Assembly (NCBI GenBank): GCA_965261595.1
Contig: CBDHDG010000002.1
Coordinates: 32,001 to 96,000, forward strand
Direction: 5' to 3'
Source of the DNA: a bacterium
GTDB lineage: Bacteria; UBA8248; JACPRG01; G963555815
Length of the DNA stretch: 64,000 nt
This document shows, one piece after another, positions 39,599-50,792 of the stretch. Numbering within the stretch: the first letter of the stretch is position 1; the number at the start of each line of letters is the position of its first letter. Under the pieces are notes generated by a model. It made no database searches and was not told the DNA's origin. It was given only the letters and a program-made list of their open reading frames with translations. The position numbers and the translations under genes were made by a program.

Positions 39599-40417
39599 AT
39601 GCCGATGCCCAATAAGGACCCCGACAAGGCCCGCGGGCATGACCGGGAACGCTACCGCCGGCGCACGGCCGAGCGCCTCGCCAGCGGGATGTGTCCGAAG
39701 TGCGGGAAGGAGCCCCTCCCTCCCGCTCGCAGCTTGTGCGGCTCCTGCGGGGAGAAGCGGCGCAAGTCCGAGCGCGCCCGGTACGCCAAGGCCAAGGCCG
39801 CCGGCAGGCTCTACGGCGGCCGGGACCCGAAGGACCGCCGCAGGATCGGGCGAGAGAGAAGCAGGCGGCACCTCAGGGCACGCCGGGGCGCCGGTCTGTG
39901 CACGCGCTGCGGCCACCGTTCCCCGGTCCGGGGCGGTGCGACCTGCCAGGTTTGCCGTGACGCCCGGCAAGCGGCCGAACGGAAGCAGTATGCCGCTCGG
40001 CGGGCCGGAGGCCGGTGCGGCCGCTGCGGCGGATCGGCCTTTGGAGGCGTCTCGCGCTGCGGTCCCTGCGCGGCCCTCGAGGCCGGGCGCCATCCAAAGA
40101 AGAACGTGGTCAGCCGAAGGCGCTACGCCCACAGGCGCTTGAGGTGGCGTTGCACTGACTGCGGCGAGCCCTCGCAGGGAGCGGCGCGGTGCGTGCCGTG
40201 CGCACACCGGTCCTGGGTGCGCTCGGCCGAGCATCGGGGCCTTCCGATCCTTCCGCCGCGGTACACCGTGATCGAGGTCGCCACCGGCAAGGACCACGGG
40301 ACCTGGGACAGCTGGGAGGAGGTGGCCATGTGCCTGGCCTTCACCCGGCTGTCTCACGACGAGGTGGAAATCATCTCCGATGCCTCATTGATGGCGACCT
40401 TCACCGCGTGGTCATAG
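39599..40417 (+). CDS. Arg-rich protein with four tandem C4 zinc-ribbon repeats
   Basis: GGAGA RBS; eight CxxC arranged in four pairs, each pair preceded by an Arg-rich helix. Confidence 0.8.
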   Translation: MPMPNKDPDKARGHDRERYRRRTAERLASGMCPKCGKEPLPPARSLCGSCGEKRRKSERARYAKAKAAGRLYGGRDPKDRRRIGRERSRRHLRARRGAGLCTRCGHRSPVRGGATCQVCRDARQAAERKQYAARRAGGRCGRCGGSAFGGVSRCGPCAALEAGRHPKKNVVSRRRYAHRRLRWRCTDCGEPSQGAARCVPCAHRSWVRSAEHRGLPILPPRYTVIEVATGKDHGTWDSWEEVAMCLAFTRLSHDEVEIISDASLMATFTAWS

Positions 40418-40532
40418 GCGTTCGACGGCGGCCGCGTGAACGGGCGCTTATCCGTATCGCCGACCTGCCGCCCGCCAGTGGGGGGGAGCGGACGTCCCAC
40501 GGCCCTCATTCGTATGGCCGGCCCGGAGCCGG

Positions 40533-40581
40533 CTAGCGCCACTTCGACCCCGGGGGCGCGGAGCACGTCGAACGCGTGCAT
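40533..40581 (-). pseudogene. Possible ArsR-family regulator N-terminal scrap
   Basis: MHAFDVL starts in TGATG overlap with the SRPBCC stop and ends after 15 codons. Confidence 0.4.
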
Positions 40582-41220
40582 CAGGCGGGTTCGGCCGATT
40601 CGCCAGTGTAGAACGCGGTTGTGCGCCTTGTGGCTGCACGCGCGGCGTCGGGGTCCGTTCCGAGCGGACCGCCGCTTGGCCCCACCCCTCGCTGCTGCCT
40701 GTGATGAACGCCTTGCCGTCCCGTGAAGCGGCAAAAGCGGCTTCGTCGGGCTTCGGCGCGGTCGGTTGCATGAGATGGAGCGCGAGTCCCATGAGACCCA
40801 GCTCCCAGCCGACGCCGACCGCGCTTGGCCCGTACTCTCCCCAGTGTTCCGAAAGGCGCGCGGTGTGCGTGAGCGTAAGCCGCGCGCGTCCGGCTCCATC
40901 GTCCGAGAGACGTACCTCCACCCAACTGACGTCCTCGCCGAACTCCCATGTGAGCGCGAGATGGGATGGTCGTTCGCACGCCGTGATCACGCCCCCTGCG
41001 TTGCCTTCCAACTGATAGCGCCGCCAGGCTCGAGCTGGCCGCTGACCGACAGAAACCAGCGCGGAATACGCTGGCTGTTCGTCACGGCGTCCCACAAGTC
41101 CTCGACGGTCGTCGCGTAGCTGCGGGAAAGAGTGACCGCGCGAGCGGGTTGTCCATCGCGCTCCAGCGGCGACACGGAGCGCTCTACGGCGCCGAGGTGC
41201 CCTTCGACATCGAAGTCCAT
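40581..41220 (-). pseudogene. SRPBCC/AHSA1-like protein, two frameshifts
   Basis: VEDLWDAVT..RIPRWF / RYQLEGNAGG...GVGWELGL / DPDAARAA...FYTGE across three frames. Confidence 0.85.
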
Positions 41221-41588
41221 GTTTCCCCCCACATTTTCAGACACTCACAGTTCCCCCCGTCCGGGAACCCGCTACCGGGGGGGGAGGGGCATCCGTTGCC
41301 CGCGCCACACGTGCCGGATGTCCTCGTCGGTCAGGAGCCGTTTGCACTTGCGCCCGGTCGCCGCGCCGTTCGATCAGTCTCCGTTCATCCCTGCCTCATC
41401 TGATTCGAATCCCGAACCAGGCGCAAGCCCGGGCGGGTGTCCGTGGGCGTCTCCTCACTATCCGCCGCAACGTGTTCCCGCCGTAGAGGCGGAGCGAAGC
41501 AGGAGCCGGGCGAACGCCCGGCATGGGAGAGGGAGACGGTCTCCCGGTTCCGATGCCGGGAACGGCAACCCGAACAGGAGACCAGCCC

Positions 41589-41729
41589 ATGCTCGACCGT
41601 GACTTCGAACCCGACATCCCGACCCATGACGAACTGCTCGCCGAGATCGGCCTCGACTCGCACACGATCCGCAGGATCCTCACCGAAGCGGTCCATGCCG
41701 ACACCGGCGAAGGAGAGGAGCTTTCATAG
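41589..41729 (+). CDS. Small acidic hypothetical protein
   Basis: AGGAGA RBS; 46 aa MLDRDFEPDIPTHDELLAEIG... Confidence 0.55.
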   Translation: MLDRDFEPDIPTHDELLAEIGLDSHTIRRILTEAVHADTGEGEELS

Positions 41730-42094
41730 GGTGAACCGAAGGGGGCCGGGGAGAGAGGACCCCGGTCCCGGTCGCTCCCATCACCCGTTGTCATCCACAC
41801 CCTCAACCCTAAGGAGAACCGTCATGGCATTCGGTTTCAGCATGTGGCCCAACCCTACACCGCTCACTGTCCTGTAACATGCTCATATTGCGTGTGTTTT
41901 AAAGGTCTTGCCTCGGACAACGGATACAGCGTTTCTCCGGAGTCAACACTATGCCAACACGGCGCTTCGACCATAGACAGGCGATGGTCTGACGCCGATT
42001 GTCGATAGCTATTCGGGAAAACCGCCGTAGCGGACGAATCCCGCAGATTGTGGAGCGAAAACCCATACCCGAGGTCCGCGGCGGTTGACGGAAG

Positions 42095-43498
42095 TCCCCC
42101 GCTCTAGGGTTTTGTTGGACACTCGATTGATCCATGATTCATGGAGAAAGGGGTGTCGCGATGAACGAACAAAAGCAAGAGGGGGCTTTGGCGGAGGGCG
42201 CCCGCAGGGCGAACGGAGCCAAGGCCCCAGGGCATCGCAGTGAGCGGGGTCGGTTCTCCTGCCAGCGCAAGCGGGAGGCGGTCCTGCGTCTTTTGCGGGG
42301 CGAGAGCCTGGAGACGCTCTGCCGCGAGTTGGGCACGACAGCGGCTCGGCTTTCCGCCTGGCGCGAGGCGTTCCTTCGCGGGGGCGAGGCGGCGCTCAAA
42401 GCCCGCCCGGCGGATGAGCGGGACGAGGAGAACGCCCGGCTCAAGGCCAAGGTGGGCGAACTCACGATGGAGGGCGAGGTCCTGCGGGAGAAGATCGACC
42501 GCCTGGAGGCCGGCCGCCCTTTAGCCGGCAGGAGGTGGAGGCGATGAGTCAGGCCCGCTTCACCTCCACGGGCAGAGCCTACGGCCTGAAGCGGGTGTGC
42601 GCCCTTTGGGGCTTGGCGCGCTCCACGGTCTACGCGCAACGGCGGCGAGAGGCGGTCCCCGTTCATGAACGCCCCACGCCCAATAAGCGCGGCCCTGTGG
42701 GCCCGTGCACCGATGCGGAACTCCTCGGCCACATCCGGCAGGTCCTGGAGGACTCTCCCTTCCATGGCGAGGGCTACCGCAAGGTGTGGGCGAGGCTGCG
42801 CTTCGCGGGCATCCGCACCAGCAAGGAGCGGGTGCGTCGCCTGATGCGGGAGGCGGGGCTTCAGGCCCCCCACCGGGTGGGCAAACCCCGAGGTCCCAAG
42901 GCCCACAACGGGACCATCCGCACCGAGCGGCCCGACCGAATGTGGGGCACGGACATGACGACGACGGTGACCACCGAGGAGGGGATGGCCTCGGTGTTCG
43001 TGGCGGTGGATCACTGCTCGGTGGACTGCGTGGGGATCCATGCGGCCAAGAGCGGCAACCGCTTCGAGGCCCTGGAGCCGATCCGGCAGGGGGTCGCCGA
43101 GCGCTTCGCCGGCTTGGAGGCGGATGTCGCCGAGGGGCTTAAAGTTCGTCACGACCACGGCCCCGCCTATCTGTCCGATGACTTTCAGCGGGAGATCGCC
43201 TACCTGGGCATGACCAGTTCGCCCAGCTTCGTGCGGGCGCCCGAGGGAAATGGCTACTGTGAGTGGTTTATCCGCATCTTGAAGGAGAATCTCCTGTGGG
43301 TGCGCTCTTTCGCCACCGTAGAGGAACTGCGGTGGGCGCTGCTTGAGTTCAAGAACCTGTACAACCATCATTGGATTCTCGAGGGCTACGGCTACCGAAC
43401 GCCGGCCCAGGCAAGGCAGGAAAAACTCGCTCAAGTTGCGGAGGCCGCATGAGGTCGAATACCCTCACCCGAGTGTCCAATAACCCAGGGGCGGTCCA
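42095..43498 (+). mobile_element. IS3-family element, copy 3 (intact orfA and orfB)
   Basis: Target duplication GAAG; orfA to 42547 and orfB to 43452 joined by an ATGA overlap; WGTDM, HDHG and NGYCE motifs. Confidence 0.95.
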
Positions 43499-43503
43499 GA
43501 AGT

Positions 43504-43791
43504 CTATGCGGCGACGATTCGTTCGACTTTGATCTTCTGTTCCAAATCACGCGAGCGGGCAAGGTCGAAGGCCAACTGCATGCTGAGCCACGTCTCGGGG
43601 GTTGAGCCGAACGCCTTCGATAGCCGGTAGGCCATCTCGATCGAAACGGACGCTTTTTCGTTGACCAGATTGGAAAGTGTCTGACGCCCGACGCCGAGCC
43701 GTTTCGCGGCCTCCGAAATCGACAAACCCAAGGGTTTCAGGCAGTCTTCGCGCACGATGGCGCCGGGATGCACGGGGTTTTTCATGGCCAT
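43504..43791 (-). CDS. higA: HigA-family antitoxin
   Basis: PVHPG...HTH...MAYRLSKAFGSTPETWLSMQ. Confidence 0.92.
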   Translation of the reverse strand: MAMKNPVHPGAIVREDCLKPLGLSISEAAKRLGVGRQTLSNLVNEKASVSIEMAYRLSKAFGSTPETWLSMQLAFDLARSRDLEQKIKVERIVAA

Positions 43792-43802
43792 CTCACGACC
43801 TC

Positions 43803-44117
43803 CTAATGGTAATCGATATAGTCGGCATCCACAGCGTGTCCCTCCTCGAACCGAAACGTCACTCGCCAGTTGGCCGAGACGGAAACCGCGTAGCGACCCT
43901 TCATGCGGCCCTTGAGAGCATGGAGGCGAAAACCTGGAAGGTCCATCCCTTCAGGGCCATCGCTCCGGTCCAAAGCGGTCAGAATGCGCAAGAGTTTCTC
44001 AGCGTGGTCCTGCGCCACTTTCGCAGAGTGTCCACGCTCGTAGAGCTCTTTCAGGCCGCGATGCCGGAACGTCTTGATCACTTGCGTGATTGTACGGTGT
44101 CTATCGACAATGGTCAA
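43803..44117 (-). CDS. higB: HigB/RelE-family toxin
   Basis: IKTFRHRGLKELY...PGFRLHALKG...VSANWRVTFRF...DYIDYH; toxin-first order; true start likely the GTG at VIKT. Confidence 0.92.
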   Translation of the reverse strand: MTIVDRHRTITQVIKTFRHRGLKELYERGHSAKVAQDHAEKLLRILTALDRSDGPEGMDLPGFRLHALKGRMKGRYAVSVSANWRVTFRFEEGHAVDADYIDYH

Positions 44118-44630
44118 TGACCGTTGAACGTCAGGAAACTTCCGGTCGAAAGATTTGACAGGTGGGGTCTTGGTTCATGGAACGAACTCGTCGCTCAAAG
44201 GGACGGATGTCTACTGGCGGCTAACGAGGCGTGGTTCAGATAGTCTCGAGCGCATTTCAAAGGACAGGATGGTTCTATAGGCGCGACCACTCCGGGGTTA
44301 AAGATGCTCCTGCCTGGGCGGCAATGTCCGCTACGTATTTTCCGAGCGTCATGACCAGGAAGTGCGGGGAACAACGCAATGGGGAGACGCGAGCGGCCAG
44401 CGGCGGCGTTGTTCAGATGATCCGTTCCCTGTGTGTATCGGCCAAGTGGTGCCTGCCCGTCCGCGCGGTTGGATCAGGATTTGATCCCGCGCCCGGCCAG
44501 GCAGACGGACTCACGAGGCGGGACACCCGGCGTGCCCCACCGTCGCGCAGCTTGCCGGTCCTTACGGGTTAAGTGCTTCCTGTTCTTCCTATCTGCCAGA
44601 CTAACTTTTTGGATCGACAACGGGAACGTG

Positions 44631-46493
44631 TCACGAGGAACGATCTCTCATATTTCTACCATGCAAACTTACGGCGTGACATGCAAAGAATACCTTATTT
44701 TTTCTTTGCTGTTCTCCCCATTCTGGATGGATATCCAGTACCTTCTTTACCTCTGGATAACGCCTGAGTAAGTCGTCTTCGTCATACATCTGGACCGCCC
44801 CTGGGTTATTGGACACTCGGGTGAGGGTATTCGACCTCATGCGGCCTCCGCAACTTGAGCGAGTTTTTCCTGCCTTGCCTGGGCCGGCGTTCGGTAGCCG
44901 TAGCCCTCGAGAATCCAATGATGGTTGTACAGGTTCTTGAACTCAAGCAGCGCCCACCGCAGTTCCTCTACGGTGGCGAAAGAGCGCACCCACAGGAGAT
45001 TCTCCTTCAAGATGCGGATGAACCACTCACAGTAGCCATTTCCCTCGGGCGCCCGCACGAAGCTGGGCGAACTGGTCATGCCCAGGTAGGCGATCTCCCG
45101 CTGAAAGTCATCGGACAGATAGGCGGGGCCGTGGTCGTGACGAACTTTAAGCCCCTCGGCGACGTCCGCCTCCAAGCCGGCGAAGCGCTCGGCGACCCCC
45201 TGCCGGATCGGCTCCAGGGCCTCGAAGCGGTTGCCGCTCTTGGCCGCATGGATCCCCACGCAGTCCACCGAACAGTGATCCACCGCCACGAACACCGAGG
45301 CCATCCCCTCCTCGGTGGTCACCGTCGTCGTCATGTCCGTGCCCCACATTCGGTCGGGCCGCTCGGTGCGGATGGTCCCGTTGTGGGCCTTGGGACCTCG
45401 GGGTTTGCCCACCCGGTGGGGGGCCTGAAGCCCCGCCTCCCGCATCAGGCGACGCACCCGCTCCTTGCTGGTGCGGATGCCCGCGAAGCGCAGCCTCGCC
45501 CACACCTTGCGGTAGCCCTCGCCATGGAAGGGAGAGTCCTCCAGGACCTGCCGGATGTGACCGAGGAGTTCCGCATCGGTGCACGGGCCCACAGGGCCGC
45601 GCTTATTGGGCGTGGGGCGTTCATGAACGGGGACCGCCTCTCGCCGCCGTTGCGCGTAGACCGTGGAGCGCGCCAAGCCCCAAAGGGCGCACACCCGCTT
45701 CAGGCCGTAGGCTCTGCCCGTGGAGGTGAAGCGGGCCTGACTCATCGCCTCCACCTCCTGCCGGCTAAAGGGCGGCCGGCCTCCAGGCGGTCGATCTTCT
45801 CCCGCAGGACCTCGCCCTCCATCGTGAGTTCGCCCACCTTGGCCTTGAGCCGGGCGTTCTCCTCGTCCCGCTCATCCGCCGGGCGGGCTTTGAGCGCCGC
45901 CTCGCCCCCGCGAAGGAACGCCTCGCGCCAGGCGGAAAGCCGAGCCGCTGTCGTGCCCAACTCGCGGCAGAGCGTCTCCAGGCTCTCGCCCCGCAAAAGA
46001 CGCAGGACCGCCTCCCGCTTGCGCTGGCAGGAGAACCGACCCCGCTCACTGCGATGCCCTGGGGCCTTGGCTCCGTTCGCCCTGCGGGCGCCCTCCGCCA
46101 AAGCCCCCTCTTGCTTTTGTTCGTTCATCGCGACACCCCTTTCTCCATGAATCATGGATCAATCGAGTGTCCAACAAAACCCTAGAGCGGGGGACATCCC
46201 TGATACGCGATTCATTGCCGTTGGTGAAGATGACCACAACCTCTTGATATCTTTTTCTTTCCAGCCCGCTTCCCTGATTACGTCGTATGCAATCTTACCG
46301 CTACAGATCACCAACTCGGGATTGAGTATACTAAGCATTTCACGCCATAGATCTGACGATAAACGTTGCAGATCGCTATCCGGATTGGCGTTTTTGTTAG
46401 GGTTGTCTGGATCTCGCTGAGACCATAGAACGGCGTTAGAAACAGCCGTTTCTTTTGCCTCTACTCCAAACGCTGCTTCAATAGCCAATTTAA
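44631..46493 (-). pseudogene. Low-GC gene (weakly uracil-DNA-glycosylase-like) split by IS3 copy 4 and 5'-truncated by IS1380
   Basis: Removing the IS joins ...NRVSGM to YDEDDLLRRYPE... in frame; LSILNPELVICSGKIAY resembles a UDG-superfamily motif. Confidence 0.6.
44791..46194 (-). mobile_element. IS3-family element, copy 4
   Basis: Target duplication CATC; intact orfA and orfB. Confidence 0.95.
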
Positions 46494-47964
46494 CCCGCAT
46501 TTCCCATATGGATCATAAGTTTTGTCGGACCGAATGCCGTTTTCTCGTGTAAGATCAAGGTGTTGGCCTCTCCCTGCCATCATCTTGCGAGGGGACCCAA
46601 TGGGTGAAGCGAAGAAGGGGGCTTTGAAGATCCGTTTTGACCGTCGGCTGAGGCTTGAGTTTCACGGAACCAGAATCACTTCGGATGCGGGATTGCTGGC
46701 CTGCCGGGAGCTGGATGATGCGCTGGGTTTGACGGTGAGAGCGCCAGTGCAATTGCAAGAGATCCGTCATGGCCGGAACATCCAGCATGAGTTGGCGCCG
46801 CTATTGCGCCAGTCGGTCTATAGCCGCTTGGCAGGGTATGAAGACACCAACGATGCCGAGCGGTTGGCCCAGGACCCCGCGATGCAAGCCGTGGTCGGCC
46901 GCCGAGCGCTTGAGAAGCAGGCGGCGGGCGCCAACACCCTGAGCCGGTTCGAGACCGAGGTTCTCACCAGGGAGGAGAATCTCAAGGGGCCGGAGCGAGC
47001 TGAACCGGGAGTGGGTGGACCGGGCCATGGCACACTCACCCCATCAGCGAATCATCCTGGACATGGACAGCTCGGAAAGCCCCGTCCATGGGGAGCAGGA
47101 AGGTACGGCCTACAACGGCCACTTTCGTTGCACCTGTTATCACCCTCTTTTTTGCTTTAACCAGTTCGGGGACTGCGAAGGGGCGATGTTGCGCCCCGGC
47201 AACGTGCACAGCGCCGATGGCTGGCGCGAGTTGCTTTCGCCCATCGCGGCCCGGTATGAGCGGGCGGGTGTTCGCCGTTACTGCCGAGCCGATGCCGCCT
47301 TTGCGCGCCCGGAGGTCTATGAGTGCCTGGAAGCGCACAGCTTCCTTTACGCCATCCGCCTTCCCGCCAACGACGTGGTGCAGCGAGAGATCGACTTCCT
47401 CCTCACCCGCCCGGTCGGTCGCCCGCCCAAGAGACCCATCATCTTCTATTACGACTTCCGGTATCAGGCTGGAAGCTGGGACCGTTCCCGGCGGGTCGTG
47501 GCGAAGGTGGAATGGCACTCAGGCGAACTCTTCCCTCGCGTCGGATTCATTGTCACGAACCTGACGGCTCGACCCGAGGGGGTCGTGCACTTCTACAACC
47601 AGCGAGGCACAGCCGAGCAATGGATCAAGGAAGGCAAGTACGCCCTGAACTGGACACGCCTTTCCTGTCACCGGTTCGTGTGCAACCAGGTGCGGCTCCT
47701 TCTCTTCGTCCTGGCGTACAACCTGGGCAATTTCCTGCGCAGGCTAGCCTTGCCCAGGGGGCTCAAGCACTGGTCGCTCCGAAGCCTCCAGGTCAAGCTC
47801 ATCAAAATGGGCGGGAGGATTGTGCGGCACGCCCGGCAGATCATCTTTCAATTGGCCGAAGTAGCGGTGTCCAGGGAAGAGTTCGCCATCATCCTGGACC
47901 GAATCAACCGATTACGGCCGGTGCCGGTCTAACCTTGTGCAGAGGGTTCCCGGCAGCATGAGGT
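46494..47964 (+). mobile_element. IS1380-family element (tnp 46600-47932, one frameshift near 46987; right end lost)
   Basis: Left IR present; full tnp motifs including YNQRGTAEQWIKEGK. Confidence 0.9.
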
Positions 47965-49368
47965 TCCCCCGCTCTAGGGTTTTGTTGGACACTCGATTGA
48001 TCCATGATTCATGGAGAAAGGGGTGTCGCGATGAACGAACAAAAGCAAGAGGGGGCTTTGGCGGAGGGCGCCCGCAGGGCGAACGGAGCCAAGGCCCCAG
48101 GGCATCGCAGTGAGCGGGGTCGGTTCTCCTGCCAGCGCAAGCGGGAGGCGGTCCTGCGTCTTTTGCGGGGCGAGAGCCTGGAGACGCTCTGCCGCGAGTT
48201 GGGCACGACAGCGGCTCGGCTTTCCGCCTGGCGCGAGGCGTTCCTTCGCGGGGGCGAGGCGGCGCTCAAAGCCCGCCCGGCGGATGAGCGGGACGAGGAG
48301 AACGCCCGGCTCAAGGCCAAGGTGGGCGAACTCACGATGGAGGGCGAGGTCCTGCGGGAGAAGATCGACCGCCTGGAGGCCGGCCGCCCTTTAGCCGGCA
48401 GGAGGTGGAGGCGATGAGTCAGGCCCGCTTCACCTCCACGGGCAGAGCCTACGGCCTGAAGCGGGTGTGCGCCCTTTGGGGCTTGGCGCGCTCCACGGTC
48501 TACGCGCAACGGCGGCGAGAGGCGGTCCCCGTTCATGAACGCCCCACGCCCAATAAGCGCGGCCCTGTGGGCCCGTGCACCGATGCGGAACTCCTCGGCC
48601 ACATCCGGCAGGTCCTGGAGGACTCTCCCTTCCATGGCGAGGGCTACCGCAAGGTGTGGGCGAGGCTGCGCTTCGCGGGCATCCGCACCAGCAAGGAGCG
48701 GGTGCGTCGCCTGATGCGGGAGGCGGGGCTTCAGGCCCCCCACCGGGTGGGCAAACCCCGAGGTCCCAAGGCCCACAACGGGACCATCCGCACCGAGCGG
48801 CCCGACCGAATGTGGGGCACGGACATGACGACGACGGTGACCACCGAGGAGGGGATGGCCTCGGTGTTCGTGGCGGTGGATCACTGCTCGGTGGACTGCG
48901 TGGGGATCCATGCGGCCAAGAGCGGCAACCGCTTCGAGGCCCTGGAGCCGATCCGGCAGGGGGTCGCCGAGCGCTTCGCCGGCTTGGAGGCGGATGTCGC
49001 CGAGGGGCTTAAAGTTCGTCACGACCACGGCCCCGCCTATCTGTCCGATGACTTTCAGCGGGAGATCGCCTACCTGGGCATGACCAGTTCGCCCAGCTTC
49101 GTGCGGGCGCCCGAGGGAAATGGCTACTGTGAGTGGTTTATCCGCATCTTGAAGGAGAATCTCCTGTGGGTGCGCTCTTTCGCCACCGTAGAGGAACTGC
49201 GGTGGGCGCTGCTTGAGTTCAAGAACCTGTACAACCATCATTGGATTCTCGAGGGCTACGGCTACCGAACGCCGGCCCAGGCAAGGCAGGAAAAACTCGC
49301 TCAAGTTGCGGAGGCCGCATGAGGTCGAATACCCTCACCCGAGTGTCCAATAACCCAGGGGCGGTCCA
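47965..49368 (+). mobile_element. IS3-family element, copy 5
   Basis: Shares diagnostic SNPs with copy 3; flanks AGGT/GGCC show no duplication. Confidence 0.95.
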
Positions 49369-50125
49369 GGCCCATTATCTTCTACCACAGCGTCTCCCCT
49401 ATCAGGCGGCTAGTTGGGAGAAGCCTCGCCGGGTGGTGGTGGCGGTCGAGTGGCACCAGGGCGAGTTGTTTCCAAGAGTCAGCTTCATCGTGACCAACCT
49501 GCACTGGCGGGAAGAGAACGTCGTGAGGTTCTACAACCAGCGTGGGACGGCGGAGCAGTGGATCAAGGAGGGCAAGTACGCCCTGAACTGGACGCGCCTG
49601 TCCTGCCACGGCTTTGAAGAGAACCAGGTTCGCTTGCAACTATTTGCCTTGGCGTACAACCTGGCAAACTTCCTGCGGCGGCTGGCGTTGCCCAGAGCGG
49701 TGAAGCACTGGTCGCTGACGACGTTACGCGAGAAGCTGATTAAGATTGGGGCCAAGGTGGTCACCCACGCCCGGCACACCACCTTCCAGATGGCCGAGGT
49801 GGCCGTGCCGCGTCAACTGTTCAGGGCAATCCTTGAACGAATTCGACGGTTGTGGTTACCGCCTCCCGTACCAGATACCGGATGACGGAGCAGATGGCCC
49901 GGAAGCTTAGTGACGTGGTGGAGACGGGGGATCAGTCTGTGCCGAACTCCCCTGAGTGTGCCGGTAGAGCTGGGTTTTCAAGGGATTGCGGCTTTAGGAC
50001 GGCCGTTGCCCCTCGATTGAGCAGAGGGTTCTGCAAAGAGACCCTGAATCTGTAGTAAAATGGGGTACTTTGATGACACAGGAGGACCGCAGGATGGCTA
50101 AGAGTGGTCATCTGGGAAATCCCGG
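49369..50125 (+). mobile_element. IS1380-family element, right part (tnp C-terminus to 49885 plus right IR)
   Basis: YNQRGTAEQWIKEGK, NQVRLQL; CATCTGGGAAATCCCGG is an imperfect inverse of the left IR. Confidence 0.88.
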
Positions 50126-50149
50126 TTTAAATCAAGACAACTCTTGTAT

Positions 50150-50734
50150 TGACCACCCGTTGCTCTTTAACTCAATTAGAGCCCTCTTTACCGGGGCTGT
50201 CAACACCATTTCGGGCGCCTGAAACCCTGATCGGAGCGGTATCCGCCATTGGAAAACCATGTCAGCGCCGGCGTGTAAACGGGCTTGACCACCAGGTTTG
50301 GAGTCTTCGTCATTTTGCCCTTGTGTGGACTCCGCTTAGGGTCGCTAGACAGGCACCGGGCATCATCGCTTGATTCTCTCCAAGATAAGGGCAAATGTCT
50401 TCCTGGATACACCGACCTCGGCCAACTGGAAGGTGATGTGGCGGGCGTACCGCACGAGCCGGCCGCCCATTTTGAGGAGCTTAAGCTGAAGGCCGCGTAA
50501 CGACCAGTGCTTGATCCCTCTCGGCAGGCCAGCAATCCCGCATCCGAAGTCATTCTGGTTCCGTGAAACTCAAGCCTCAGCCGACGCTCAAAACGGACCT
50601 TCAACGCCCACTTTTTCGCTTCACCCATTGGATTACCCCGCGAGAGGATGGCTCGGGGAGGCTCATGCATTGATTTTACTCCAGAAAATGTCCTCCGGTC
50701 CGACAAAAGTTATGATCCATATGGGATATCTGGG
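50150..50734 (-). mobile_element. Internally deleted IS1380-family derivative
   Basis: Left IR CCCAGATATCCCATATGGAT; tnp N-terminus (..[11 protein letters not shown]) joined directly to the C-terminus (KHWSLR...FQLAEV). Right boundary uncertain. Confidence 0.78.
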
Positions 50735-50792
50735 TATATATGGGTTTCAATGGCATTCAGCGGCGTACTTGCGTTAACGAAGGGAGAAACAT

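Noticed and set aside
12848..49368. Reciprocal rearrangement between IS3 copies 1 and 5
   Set aside because: Their flanking 4-mers (CCAC/CAGC vs AGGT/GGCC) do not cross-match; independent adjacent deletions fit better.
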